A stretch of 64,000 bases of DNA from positions 2,333,633-2,397,632 of the forward strand of contig OZ220718.1 in the NCBI GenBank assembly GCA_965116765.1, in the 5' to 3' direction. The notes beneath the pieces were generated by a model, which had not been told where the DNA came from, ran no database searches, and saw only the letters and a list, made by a program, of their open reading frames with translations. The stretch is from Vicinamibacterales bacterium (GTDB lineage Bacteria > Acidobacteriota > Vicinamibacteria > Vicinamibacterales > UBA8438). Below, piece after piece: positions 19,847 to 28,912 of this stretch (position 1 is the stretch's first letter; every line of letters begins with the position of its first letter). Made by a program: the position numbers and the translations under genes.

Positions 19847-20242
19847 CTACTTCTTCCAGTAGGCGAGGAGCTCGGCCCCGTTCTCGGCGAGGGCCAGCGA
19901 CAGGGCCCGGATCGAGCCTTCGAGCTCGTTCAGATCGAGGTTGGCGAGCTGCAGGGTGTCGCGGTAGAAGATGCGCCGGCCCGTCTCGTCGAGAGCGAAC
20001 GCGCCGTGCACCAGGGTGTTGTTCATCTGCAGCAGGCGGGTGAAGAGGTCGCCCGGCTCCGGCGGCACGTCGCCGATGAGCTGCTCGAGAATGACGATGG
20101 GCGGCTCGCAGTCGATGACGAGCTGCTTGATGCCGTTGTCCTCGTCGTCGACCACCACCAGGTCTTCGGCCTCGTTCTCCCCCGTGATCGTGAGCCCGAG
20201 ATCGAGCAGGTGGCCCTTGACCGTTTCCAGTTGCTCAGACAT
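19847..20242 (-). CDS. CesT/Tir/YbjN-like chaperone-fold protein
   Basis: LLQMNNTLVHGAFALDETG...RDTLQLANLDLNELEGSI; 2 bp upstream of pspA. Confidence 0.8.
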   Translation of the reverse strand: MSEQLETVKGHLLDLGLTITGENEAEDLVVVDDEDNGIKQLVIDCEPPIVILEQLIGDVPPEPGDLFTRLLQMNNTLVHGAFALDETGRRIFYRDTLQLANLDLNELEGSIRALSLALAENGAELLAYWKK

Positions 20243-20406
20243 TCATCGCGCCTCCTCGCGCGTCCGGTCCGTGCGCGCCCGTCCCGTCGGCCAAACCGAC
20301 GCCCGCGCCGCGCTCGCCGCGGGCAGTCGGGGCTTCTCGTTCCACCCTTCTGAACGGGGCGGCGCCGGACATTCTCACTGATTGACGATACGTCGGGACG
20401 GCGGGT

Positions 20407-21453
20407 TCAATTCGCTGCGGCCTCCCGGCGCTCGCGGGCCGAGATCACCACCAGGCGGTCCGCCGCCGAGACCACCGCATCGGCGCCGGGGTTGGTCTCG
20501 ATGGCCCCGTTCCCCTCGCGCTGGATGGCCACCGCGATCTTGTCGTGTTTCCGCTTGAGGGCGGAGAACACGTCGAAGAACGGCCGGCCGGCCAGCGCGG
20601 ACGGCACCGGCTCGGTCACCAGGTCCTGCCCGACGCTGGCGCTCAGCAGCTCGCGCAACACCGTGGAGATGCCGTGGTCGTGGGCGGCGGTGGACATGAC
20701 CCGGCTGCACAGCTCGGCCCCCACGACGATCTCGTCGGCCTGGGCCTGCTCACAGTGTCGCACGTTGGCCTCGGTGGCGAGCTCGACGATGGAGTAGACC
20801 TCCGAATTGAGGCTCTTGACAGTGAGCGTCGCCAGCACCGCCTTGGCGTCCCGCGCGCTGTAGTCCAGCGAACGGTCTCCCACGATGACGACGGTCGCCG
20901 CGGCGTCGATGCCGGCCCGCTTCAGGTTCTCCTCGGTCACGTCGCCCCGCACGAAATGGAGGTGGTCGTCCGGCACCGGCTTCGCGTCGATGTCGGCCAC
21001 CAGCGCGATGCCCTTGTCCGCGGAGCGCGCATCGGCCCGCAGGTCGGCCAGGATCTCCTTCATCCGGCCGTTCCAGCCGCAAAGGATGATGTGCCCCTTG
21101 CCGTCGTAAGAGTCCATGCCCCGGTCCTTCCTCATGCGCTTTTCCACGAACACCCCGGCGATGGTGGCCGTGAACATGCCCAGCACGCCGATGCCGAAGA
21201 ACATGAGCACGATGCCGATGAGGCGGCCGCCGAGCGTCACGGGGAAGATGTCACCGAAGCCGACGGTGGTCAGGGTGACGATGGACCACCAGAGCCCGTC
21301 GGTCGGGGACCGCCCCTCAAAGAACGCGAAGCCGGCCGCCCCACCCAGAATCAGCACCGCGATCACCCCGAGCAGGCGCATCAGGTTCTCGCGGCGCAGG
21401 AAGCCGAAAGCCCGAGTCAGGGCTTGCGCCACCGCGAACGCTCGGATGCTCAT
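20407..21453 (-). CDS. Potassium channel with RCK (TrkA-N/C) domain
   Basis: WWSIVTLTTVGFGDIFP selectivity filter; HIILCGW, FVRGD RCK motifs. Confidence 0.92.
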   Translation of the reverse strand: MSIRAFAVAQALTRAFGFLRRENLMRLLGVIAVLILGGAAGFAFFEGRSPTDGLWWSIVTLTTVGFGDIFPVTLGGRLIGIVLMFFGIGVLGMFTATIAGVFVEKRMRKDRGMDSYDGKGHIILCGWNGRMKEILADLRADARSADKGIALVADIDAKPVPDDHLHFVRGDVTEENLKRAGIDAAATVVIVGDRSLDYSARDAKAVLATLTVKSLNSEVYSIVELATEANVRHCEQAQADEIVVGAELCSRVMSTAAHDHGISTVLRELLSASVGQDLVTEPVPSALAGRPFFDVFSALKRKHDKIAVAIQREGNGAIETNPGADAVVSAADRLVVISARERREAAAN

Positions 21454-21516
21454 GTCTGAATGACGCGCCGCCGCGGCGGCCGGCCGGGACCGATGGCCGC
21501 CCGCGAATCAGCCCCG

Positions 21517-22359
21517 CTACAGCGTCAGTCCGATCAGCATGGAAGCGGCGAGATAGGTGACGCCCTCGATGACCCCGGCCCCCAGATTGGGCCGCTCCTG
21601 CACCAGCTCGTCGGCGAGCCGCGCGCCGGGCAGCAGCACCTTGTCGGCGAAGAGCCGGACCAGCGGCAGCAGGACCAGCCCCACCACCAGGTAGTACCCG
21701 AACTCGGTCAGGCTCTCGTTCCAGGAGACGAAGTCGCCCTCGCCGGCGAGGCGGATGACGTTGCCGAACCCGACGAGGACCCCCGCGAAGGCCACCGCGA
21801 CCGCGACGTTCCCCCCCTCGATCTGGTCGTGGAGGTCGTACGCGGTGATCCGGTCGTAGAGGACCCCCGCGACGACGAGGGCGGCGAGGCCCGTGACCCA
21901 GAACACCAGCGCCGACGCCATGCCCCCCTCGCCGGACAGCGCGCCGGCCGCAATCAGCCCCACCGCGACGTAGTTGGCCCCCTCGAGGATGCCCACGCCG
22001 ACGTTGCGGTCCTCGACGATCTCGCGCTCGTTGTCGAAGCGCGAGAACACGAGCCGGTCGTTGACCCAGGCCGAGAGGTTGAGCAGCACGATGGCGAGCG
22101 CGCCGAAGATGACGAGGCCGATGACGTCGTCGACGAGGCTGACCGAGGCGGGCCCCGACACCACCCCGCCGAGCACGATGACCAGCCCCAGGTAGTAGCC
22201 GGCGACGGTGACGGCAAGGGCCAGGTTGTCCTTCTCGAGCAGCTCGACCCGGAGCACGAAGCGCCGGTGGAGCGCGTCGTAGACCCACTTGCCGACGGCC
22301 AGCAGCACGAGGATGACGGCCAGGTAGACGAAGCCGGCCACTATCTGATCCACGGACAT
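21517..22359 (-). CDS. Tandem DUF350 (YjfL-like) membrane protein
   Basis: Repeated EI/EL..x.N.A/G.AV motifs between TM helices (EKDNLALAV, EDRNVGVGI, EGGNVAVAV, ERPNLGAGV). Confidence 0.85.
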   Translation of the reverse strand: MSVDQIVAGFVYLAVILVLLAVGKWVYDALHRRFVLRVELLEKDNLALAVTVAGYYLGLVIVLGGVVSGPASVSLVDDVIGLVIFGALAIVLLNLSAWVNDRLVFSRFDNEREIVEDRNVGVGILEGANYVAVGLIAAGALSGEGGMASALVFWVTGLAALVVAGVLYDRITAYDLHDQIEGGNVAVAVAFAGVLVGFGNVIRLAGEGDFVSWNESLTEFGYYLVVGLVLLPLVRLFADKVLLPGARLADELVQERPNLGAGVIEGVTYLAASMLIGLTL

Positions 22360-22384
22360 CTCACGCCCTCCCCAGGCTTGGCGG

Positions 22385-23077
22385 CTACTTGCCGAAGCCG
22401 CGGACGCCGCCCGCCATGCGGCTGCGCACCCGCTGGCCGAACGACCGGCCCTGCGCGGCCTGGCGCGCCTGCTGCCGGCGGAAGAAGTCGGGGCTGGTCT
22501 GGCGGGTGGTCGACCCGTTGGTGCCGTACACGCCGCCCCCGGGGCCGTAGTAGGTCTGGCCCCGGCCCCGCGCGTCGCGGTAGCCGTCCCAGTCGTCGCG
22601 GTAGATGGGGCGCCCGAAGCCGCCGATGAGGTTGCTCAGCAGGGCGTACTGGCCGTAGAACTCCCAGAACGACCGGCCGCCCCCGTCGTCGCGCCACTGG
22701 CCGTACCGCTCGTCCCCCACCTGCTGGTAGCCGGGCGGGTGCTCGTCCCGGTCGACGGTCCCGTCCGGGCCCTTCGACAGGACCACCATGCCGAGCGACG
22801 ACTCGTAGCGCGCGTAGGTCGATGAATCGACCTCCAGCCAGTCGAGGACCGCCTCGCGGTAGACGGGCTCGTCCGAGCCGGCCTGCGCCTCGCCGACGAC
22901 GACGCGGTACTGGTGCGCGTAGCCGAAGCCCTCGTCGCTCATGTCCTGCAGCACCACCGAGTACTCGGGGTACCGGTCGAGCTGCGGCGCGAGCCGTTCG
23001 AGCGGGGTCTCGCTGGCGCAGGAGGCGGCGGCGAGCGCGACGGCGGCGCAGAAGACCATCGAAGGGCGGCGGTTCAT
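22385..23077 (-). CDS. Lipoprotein with Gly/Tyr/Arg-rich tail, PspA-operon-associated
   Basis: Lipobox AASC; PPGYQQVGDERYGQW, SFWEFYGQYALLS, C-terminal RGFGK. Confidence 0.8.
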   Translation of the reverse strand: MNRRPSMVFCAAVALAAASCASETPLERLAPQLDRYPEYSVVLQDMSDEGFGYAHQYRVVVGEAQAGSDEPVYREAVLDWLEVDSSTYARYESSLGMVVLSKGPDGTVDRDEHPPGYQQVGDERYGQWRDDGGGRSFWEFYGQYALLSNLIGGFGRPIYRDDWDGYRDARGRGQTYYGPGGGVYGTNGSTTRQTSPDFFRRQQARQAAQGRSFGQRVRSRMAGGVRGFGK

Positions 23078-23622
23078 TCAGGACTCCCGGGCAGGATGTG
23101 GGTGAACTGGTACTCCTCGACCACGCGGCCGGCCGCCGCCGTGAACTCCGTCTCGCCCCACTGCTCGATGCCGACGAACGCCGTCTCGGCCTCGTCGGCG
23201 AACTCCCAGCGGACCAGCGGCTCGCCGGCCCCGGCCCCGTCGGCAAACATGTGCCCCGCGTAGGAGGCGTCGAGGCGGTACTCGGCGCCCTCGAAGACGA
23301 TGCGCGCGGGCGGGTCGTCGTGATCGAGGATGTGCCGGCGGACGTCGCCGGCGATGTCGCCGACGGCGATGCGGCGCGACAGCGACCACGCGTCGCCGGC
23401 CCGCTCGAGGTAGCGCTGCTCGCCGCTCGCGGTCAGCTCCCACTCCTCGAGGTCTTCGTCGAGGCCCGAGAACCGATAGCGGGAGTAGCCGGTCACCCTC
23501 CAGGTGCGGAGGTCGTGGTCGACGAGATAGCCGACCTTGAGCTTCCGGAGAACCAGATCCGCGAGGGGATCGGGGGCGTCTTCCTTCGGTTTCCGGCCGA
23601 ACACCCGATCCATCAGTCCCAC
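23074..23622 (-). CDS. DUF4178 domain protein
   Basis: LRKLKVGYLVDHDLRTWRVTG, EEWEL, IEQWGETEF; first gene of the operon with an ATGA overlap to the lipoprotein. Confidence 0.75.
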   Translation of the reverse strand: MGLMDRVFGRKPKEDAPDPLADLVLRKLKVGYLVDHDLRTWRVTGYSRYRFSGLDEDLEEWELTASGEQRYLERAGDAWSLSRRIAVGDIAGDVRRHILDHDDPPARIVFEGAEYRLDASYAGHMFADGAGAGEPLVRWEFADEAETAFVGIEQWGETEFTAAAGRVVEEYQFTHILPGSPE

Positions 23623-24023
23623 GGAACCACTCCTCCCGCCTCGCTCGGAAACGCCGCCGGGGTCGCGCCGCCCTCGCCGGCCGGGACCCCTCGGCCGCGG
23701 CCCCCGGTGCCCATCGGCAAGCGCTCCCGCGCGAACCGCCTGGGAGGGGGGACGCAGCTCTGTACCATGCTAGCCGCTCCCGCCCGATTCGAACAGGCGA
23801 TCGGGATGCGCCGCGCCCCTTGGCGCCGGTGATGCGGCCCGCGAACCGCTTCGAGCCATTGTAGCCCCACCGACGGCCCGTGCGAGGAAGTGAAGTCGCC
23901 GGGGTCCCGGGCCGACGCCGGCGCGGCCGACTCCCCCGACTCGGAGACCTCGGAGAGGCCCTTCGCATCAGACAGCACTGCCGCGCAGCGCCGTCGCCCC
24001 GTACCGTGCTACGGTTGACGGTC

Positions 24024-25865
24024 ATGGCCACGACGAAAACGCTACGCCGGACGCCGTCGACTCCGAACCCGCCCCCGGGAGCGCCGCGCTCGCCGCTCCG
24101 CTCGGCTCTGGTCGCCGCCCTCGCCGCCGCCTGCCTGGCGACGCCGGCGGCGGCCGGTCAGGCCCCGCCCGACGACGCGTTCGTGCCGGTCACCGACGCC
24201 ATGCTCCAGGACCCCGCCCCCGGCGACTGGCTGACGTGGCGCCGCACCCTCGACGGGTGGGGCTACAGCCCGCTGGACCAGATCGACCGCGGCAACGTGG
24301 GCGACCTGCGCATGGTGTGGTCGCGCGCCCTCGCGCCCGGCCGCCAGGAGGGCACGCCCCTCGCCTACCGCGGGGTGCTCTACATGCCCCAGGCCAGCGA
24401 CGTCATCGAGGCCATCGACGCCGAGACCGGCGACCTGATCTGGCAGCACCGCCGCGACCTGCCCGACGACGTCTACGACTTCGTCGGCGGCAACGCGCGC
24501 AACAACCGCAACATCGCCATCTACGACCGCTTCATCATCAATACGAGCGACGACAACTACGCGTTCGCCCTCGACGCCGAGACCGGCGAGATCGCCTGGG
24601 AGACGCGCATCTTCGACTACCGGGAGACGCCGGCCGGTCACAGCTCGGGCCCCATCATCGCCGACGGCCGGGTCGTCTCGGGGCGGAGCTGCCGGCCCCG
24701 CGGGGGCCCCGAGACGTGCGTCGTCGTCGCCCACGACGCCCTGACCGGCGAGGAGCTGTGGCGGCGGCGCACGGTGCCCGCGCCGGGCGAGCCCGGCGAC
24801 GAGACGTGGGGCGGCGTGCCCTACGAGCAACGGATACACGTCGGCACGTGGATGCCGGCGAGCTACGACCCCGAGCTGCGGCTCATCTACCAGGGCACGT
24901 CGGTGACCTCGCCGGCCCCGAAGTTCATGCTCGGCGGGGTCGAGAACACCCACCTCTACCACAACTCGACGCTGGCCCTCGACGTCGAGACCGGCGAGAT
25001 CCGCTGGTACTACCAGCACATGAACGACCACTGGGACCTCGACCATCCCTTCGAGCGCATCCTCGTCGACACCGCGGTGGCGCCCGACCCCGACGCGGTG
25101 AGCTGGATCAACCCGCGCATCCGGCCGGGCGAGGTGCGGAAGGTGATGACCGGCATCCCCGGCAAGACCGGCGTGGTGTACACGCTCGACCGCGAGACCG
25201 GCGAGTTCCTGTGGGCCACCCCCACCGTCGCCCAGAACGTCATCGACCACATCGACGGGGCGACGGGGGCGGTGACCGAGAACGCGGAGGTGATCTTCAC
25301 GGCAGAGGGCCAGACGGTGCTCGCCTGCCCCAACATGCACGGCGGCAAGGACTGGGAGGCGGGCGCCTACAGCCCCCTGACCAACACCCTGTACATGCCG
25401 ATGCGCAACATGTGCCAGCGGCTGCTGGCGACGACCTCCCCCGACGCCTCGCACCGCATCTACGCGCTGGCGGTGCGCCACGAGCACGCGCCCGGCAGCG
25501 ACCAGCTCGGCGCCGTGTACGCGATCTCGGCCGAGACCGGCGAGACCCGCTGGCTGCACCAGCAGCGGGCCGCGACGCTCTCCCTGGTGGCGACCGGCGG
25601 CGGGCTCGTGTTCGGCGGCGACGCGAACGGCCGGTTCCGCGCCTTCGATCAGGAGACCGGCGAGGTGCTGTGGGAGATCAACCTCGGCTCGCCGGTCAGC
25701 GGCTTCCCCGTCAGCTTCGCGGTGGACGGCCGCCAGTACGTGGCGGTGGGCACCGGCGGGGCCGCCACCACCCGCAGCTTTCTCCAGCTGACGCCGGAGC
25801 TGCGCCCGAGCAACGGCAACAACCTGTTCGTCTTCGCGCTGCCGGAGCAGAGAGCCGCCCGGTAG
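24024..25865 (+). CDS. PQQ-dependent dehydrogenase (beta-propeller), exported
   Basis: WLTWRRTLDGWGYSPLDQI, QEGTPL, ALDAETGEIAW repeats, DHWDLD, GGLVFGGD, DGRQYVAV. Confidence 0.92.
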   Translation: MATTKTLRRTPSTPNPPPGAPRSPLRSALVAALAAACLATPAAAGQAPPDDAFVPVTDAMLQDPAPGDWLTWRRTLDGWGYSPLDQIDRGNVGDLRMVWSRALAPGRQEGTPLAYRGVLYMPQASDVIEAIDAETGDLIWQHRRDLPDDVYDFVGGNARNNRNIAIYDRFIINTSDDNYAFALDAETGEIAWETRIFDYRETPAGHSSGPIIADGRVVSGRSCRPRGGPETCVVVAHDALTGEELWRRRTVPAPGEPGDETWGGVPYEQRIHVGTWMPASYDPELRLIYQGTSVTSPAPKFMLGGVENTHLYHNSTLALDVETGEIRWYYQHMNDHWDLDHPFERILVDTAVAPDPDAVSWINPRIRPGEVRKVMTGIPGKTGVVYTLDRETGEFLWATPTVAQNVIDHIDGATGAVTENAEVIFTAEGQTVLACPNMHGGKDWEAGAYSPLTNTLYMPMRNMCQRLLATTSPDASHRIYALAVRHEHAPGSDQLGAVYAISAETGETRWLHQQRAATLSLVATGGGLVFGGDANGRFRAFDQETGEVLWEINLGSPVSGFPVSFAVDGRQYVAVGTGGAATTRSFLQLTPELRPSNGNNLFVFALPEQRAAR

Positions 25866-25986
25866 ACGGCGCGGACTCCTGCAGGGTCGGTTCGGGCGCC
25901 AGGCGAAGCCGCAGGCGACGATTCCGGCGAAGAGTCTGCCCGGCAGACGGCGCGGACTGCTGCAGGGCCGGTTCGGGCGCCGGGCG
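25857..25986. repeat. ~49-bp direct repeat, period 81 bp, including the PQQ gene stop region
   Basis: gcccgg(t/c)agacggcgcggact(c/g)ctgcaggg(t/c)cggttcgggcgcc(a/g)ggcg at 25857 and 25938. Confidence 0.75.
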
Positions 25987-26083
25987 GAGGCGCGGAGGAC
26001 TGGCGGGCCAGGACGGCCGCGCGTCGGCCCGCAAGGGCGCAGAACGGTGGGCGCGAGGCCCGGGCCTCGGTTATGATCGGCGC

Positions 26084-26569
26084 ATGGGGCTGCTGGTCGG
26101 CATCGTCAATCTCGTCGTCCTGCTGTTCATCATCGAGGCCTGGGTCAACGGCCGGATTCCGGGGGTCCTCGCCAAGGTGATGGACGAGCGGCTCAACGAC
26201 CCCGCAAATCCCGCAAACACGCGCCTCGAGCGGCTCGAACGCCGCACCGAGGAGATCGGCGCCCGCCTCGACGGTCTCGACCGCCGCATGGACGACCTCG
26301 ACGCCCGGATCGAGGGGCTCGACCACCGCATGAACGGGCTCGGCGCCCGCCTCGACGGCCTCGGCGGCCTGTTGAGCGAGCTCGACACCCGGGTGGGGGG
26401 GCTGGACGCCCGACTCGACCGGGTCGACGCCCAGGTCGCGGTGCTCAACGCCCAGACCTCGCAGCAGATCAGCGATCTCGACAGGCGCGTGCGGGACCGG
26501 CTTGGTGCCCTGAAGCGCCGCGGGAGCGCCACGGAAGCCGCTGCCGCCGGCGGATCCGCCGGCGCTTAG
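26084..26569 (+). CDS. Small membrane-anchored heptad-repeat coiled-coil protein
   Basis: TM MGLLVGIVNLVVLLFII, then (RLDGLDx)n heptads; -10-like TATGAT 6 nt before the ATG. Confidence 0.75.
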   Translation: MGLLVGIVNLVVLLFIIEAWVNGRIPGVLAKVMDERLNDPANPANTRLERLERRTEEIGARLDGLDRRMDDLDARIEGLDHRMNGLGARLDGLGGLLSELDTRVGGLDARLDRVDAQVAVLNAQTSQQISDLDRRVRDRLGALKRRGSATEAAAAGGSAGA

Positions 26570-26773
26570 GACAGCGATCGATGTGACCCTGCCAACTACG
26601 TTCAGGATCGCCCCGCGCGCCCGCGGCTCCCGTGCGCGGCACGTGGCAAGGTAATTCCCGTCACCGTCCTTGGGACAGCGATCGATATGACCCTGCCAAC
26701 TACGTTCAGGATCGTCCGGCTTGCCCACGGCTCCCGTGCGCGGCACGTGGCAAGGTAATTCCCGTCACCGTTC
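26568..26773. mobile_element. Two tandem ~103-bp MITE-like units
   Basis: Period 104 (26569, 26673). Unit ends aggacagcga...tcaccgtcct form a 10-bp imperfect inverted repeat. Sits exactly between two convergent stop codons. Confidence 0.7.
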
Positions 26774-28720
26774 TCAAGGAACGCCCGCGCCTCCACGCAA
26801 CCGCGCGTCCACGTTCGCCTCGGCCCGCGCGACCTGCTCGGCCGTCATCCCCGCGGCGACGGCGTCGCGCGCCTGGGCGACGGCGGCGCCCTGCGCCCCG
26901 GGGACCTGCAGGGCGGCGAGGCTGAGCCAGGTGAGGGCGGCCACGAGGTCCCGCTCGACGCCGCGGCCCTCGGCGTGCAGGCGGCCGAGCTCGCCCTGCG
27001 CGAAGGGGTGGCCCTGCTCGGCGGCCAGACGCACCCACCGCGCCGCCTCGGCCTCGTCCCGGGGAACTCCGCGACCCTCCGTATAGGCGAACCCGAGGTA
27101 GAACTGCGCGTCGGGATATCCCTGGTCGGCCGCGAGGCGAATCAGCCGCAACGCCTCGGCGTCGTCCTGCGCGACCCCGCTGCCCTCCAGGTAGGCGAGC
27201 CCGAGGTAGTACTGCGCCTGGGGGTGGCCCTGCTCGGTGGCGCGGCGGAACCACCGCACCGCCTCCGCCGGGTCCCGCCCGACGCCGCGCCCCTCGGCGT
27301 ACAGCGCCCCCAGGTTGGCCTGCGCCTGCGGGTCGCCCTGCTCGGCCGCGAGCCGGAACCACCGCACCGCCTCCGCAAAGTCCTGGGGCATGCCGAGGCC
27401 CGCCGCGTGCATCGCCCCGAGGCTGCCCTGCGCCTGGGGGTGTCCCTGCTCCGCCGCGAGCCGGAACCACCGCGCCGACTCCGCGTCGTCCTGGGCCACC
27501 CCGCCGCCCTGGGCGTGCAGGATCCCGAGCTGGAACTGCGCCTCGGCGAGACCCTGCTCCGCCGCGAGCCGGATCCAGCGCGCGGCCTCCGCCTCGTCCG
27601 GCGAGACCCCGCCGCCGACGAGGTACATGGTGCCCAGCTGACCCTGGGCGATGGCGTGTCCCTGCTCCGCCGCGAGCCGGAGCCACCGCACCGCCTCGGC
27701 GTCGTCCTGGGCGACGCCGCGGCCCTCGCCGTACGCGAACCCCAGGTTCACCTGGGCCTGCACGTCGCCCTGCTCGGCCGCGAGCCGGTACCAGCGCGCG
27801 GCCTCGGCGAGGTCCCGCGGCACCCCCCGCCCCTCGGCGTAGAGCATCCCGAGCTGGCCCTGCGCCTCGGCGAGGCCCTGGTCCGCCGCGAGCCGAATCA
27901 GCCGGGCCGCCTCCGAATCGTCCTGCGGGACGCCGCGCCCGCCCGCATGGAGCATCCCGAGCCGGCTCTGCGCCTCGGCGAGGCCCTGGTCCGCCGCGAG
28001 CCGAATCAGCCGGGCCGCCTCCGAATCGTCCTGCGGGACGCCGCGCCCGCCCGCATACATCGCCCCGAGCTGCCCCTGCGCCCGGGCGTCCCCCTGGTCG
28101 GCGGCGAGCCGGAGCCACCGCAGCGCCTCGGCGTCGTCGCGCGCCACCCCGCCGCCCCCGGCGTAGAGCGCCCCGAGCCGACCCTGGGCGGCGACGAGCC
28201 CCTGCTCCGCCGCGAGGCGAAGCCACCGCGCCGCCTCCGCGCCGCTGCGGGGGACCCCCTGGCCCTCCGCGTACATCTCCCCGAGCCGGACCTGCGCGGC
28301 CGCCTGCCCCTGCTCCGCCGCCATCCGGAGCCACCGCGCCGCCTCGGCGTCGTCCTCGGCGACCCCGCGGCCCTCGTCGTACATCGACCCGAGCTCGAGC
28401 TGGGCCTCGACGTCCCCCCCCTCCGCGGCGAGGCGGAGACCGTCGACGTCGGGGGCCGGTGAGCAGGCGCAGAGGGAGACGAGCAGCCCGCAGGCGAAGG
28501 TGGCGGCGAGCCGGCCGCGGCGACGACCGCGGCCCGGGCGACCGGCGTTGCGTCCCGCGCGGGCGGCGCCACGGCGGGGAGCCGCGACGTCCGCCGGTCG
28601 GACGCGCCCGGGAGGTGCGCTCGCCAGGCCCGGCCGCGCGAGCCCCGTGCCGGTACGCGGGCAACGCGAGGGTCCGCCGCGGGGTCTTGCGCGGCGGTCC
28701 GGCATGGCGTTCAACGGCAT
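26774..28720 (-). CDS. Sel1-like repeat lipoprotein, 14 repeats (start uncertain)
   Basis: Fourteen 36-aa AQxxLGxxYxxGxGVxxDxxEAxRWxRLAAEQG units after the lipobox-like LVSLCAC; TATAAT near 28797-28802. Confidence 0.92.
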   Translation of the reverse strand: MPLNAMPDRRARPRGGPSRCPRTGTGLARPGLASAPPGRVRPADVAAPRRGAARAGRNAGRPGRGRRRGRLAATFACGLLVSLCACSPAPDVDGLRLAAEGGDVEAQLELGSMYDEGRGVAEDDAEAARWLRMAAEQGQAAAQVRLGEMYAEGQGVPRSGAEAARWLRLAAEQGLVAAQGRLGALYAGGGGVARDDAEALRWLRLAADQGDARAQGQLGAMYAGGRGVPQDDSEAARLIRLAADQGLAEAQSRLGMLHAGGRGVPQDDSEAARLIRLAADQGLAEAQGQLGMLYAEGRGVPRDLAEAARWYRLAAEQGDVQAQVNLGFAYGEGRGVAQDDAEAVRWLRLAAEQGHAIAQGQLGTMYLVGGGVSPDEAEAARWIRLAAEQGLAEAQFQLGILHAQGGGVAQDDAESARWFRLAAEQGHPQAQGSLGAMHAAGLGMPQDFAEAVRWFRLAAEQGDPQAQANLGALYAEGRGVGRDPAEAVRWFRRATEQGHPQAQYYLGLAYLEGSGVAQDDAEALRLIRLAADQGYPDAQFYLGFAYTEGRGVPRDEAEAARWVRLAAEQGHPFAQGELGRLHAEGRGVERDLVAALTWLSLAALQVPGAQGAAVAQARDAVAAGMTAEQVARAEANVDARLRGGAGVP

Positions 28721-28912
28721 CAGCGGAGTCGCGCGACCGCGCAGAAGAGCCCGAGGCGGACGAGTGGACTCGATGGCATTCGTCTGTGGAAGCCGATTAT
28801 ATGACAGCACTCGGCCCGGCGGGCGCACCGGGTCGCGGCAGCGGGCCCCGAGGCGGCGGCCTCCGGCCGGGCCCGGCCGCGGAGAACCGCGCGTCTGCTA
28901 TAGTCGAGACTC

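Noticed and set aside
25020-25060. WDLD (D-x-D) motif suggesting a lanthanide-dependent PQQ enzyme
   Set aside because: D-x-D also occurs in non-lanthanide glucose-type PQQ dehydrogenases, and the vicinal Cys pair of XoxF/ExaF is absent; not diagnostic.
25857-25986. Repeat-spacer-repeat resembling a mini CRISPR
   Set aside because: Only two imperfect copies, overlapping a gene end, with no cas genes or leader.
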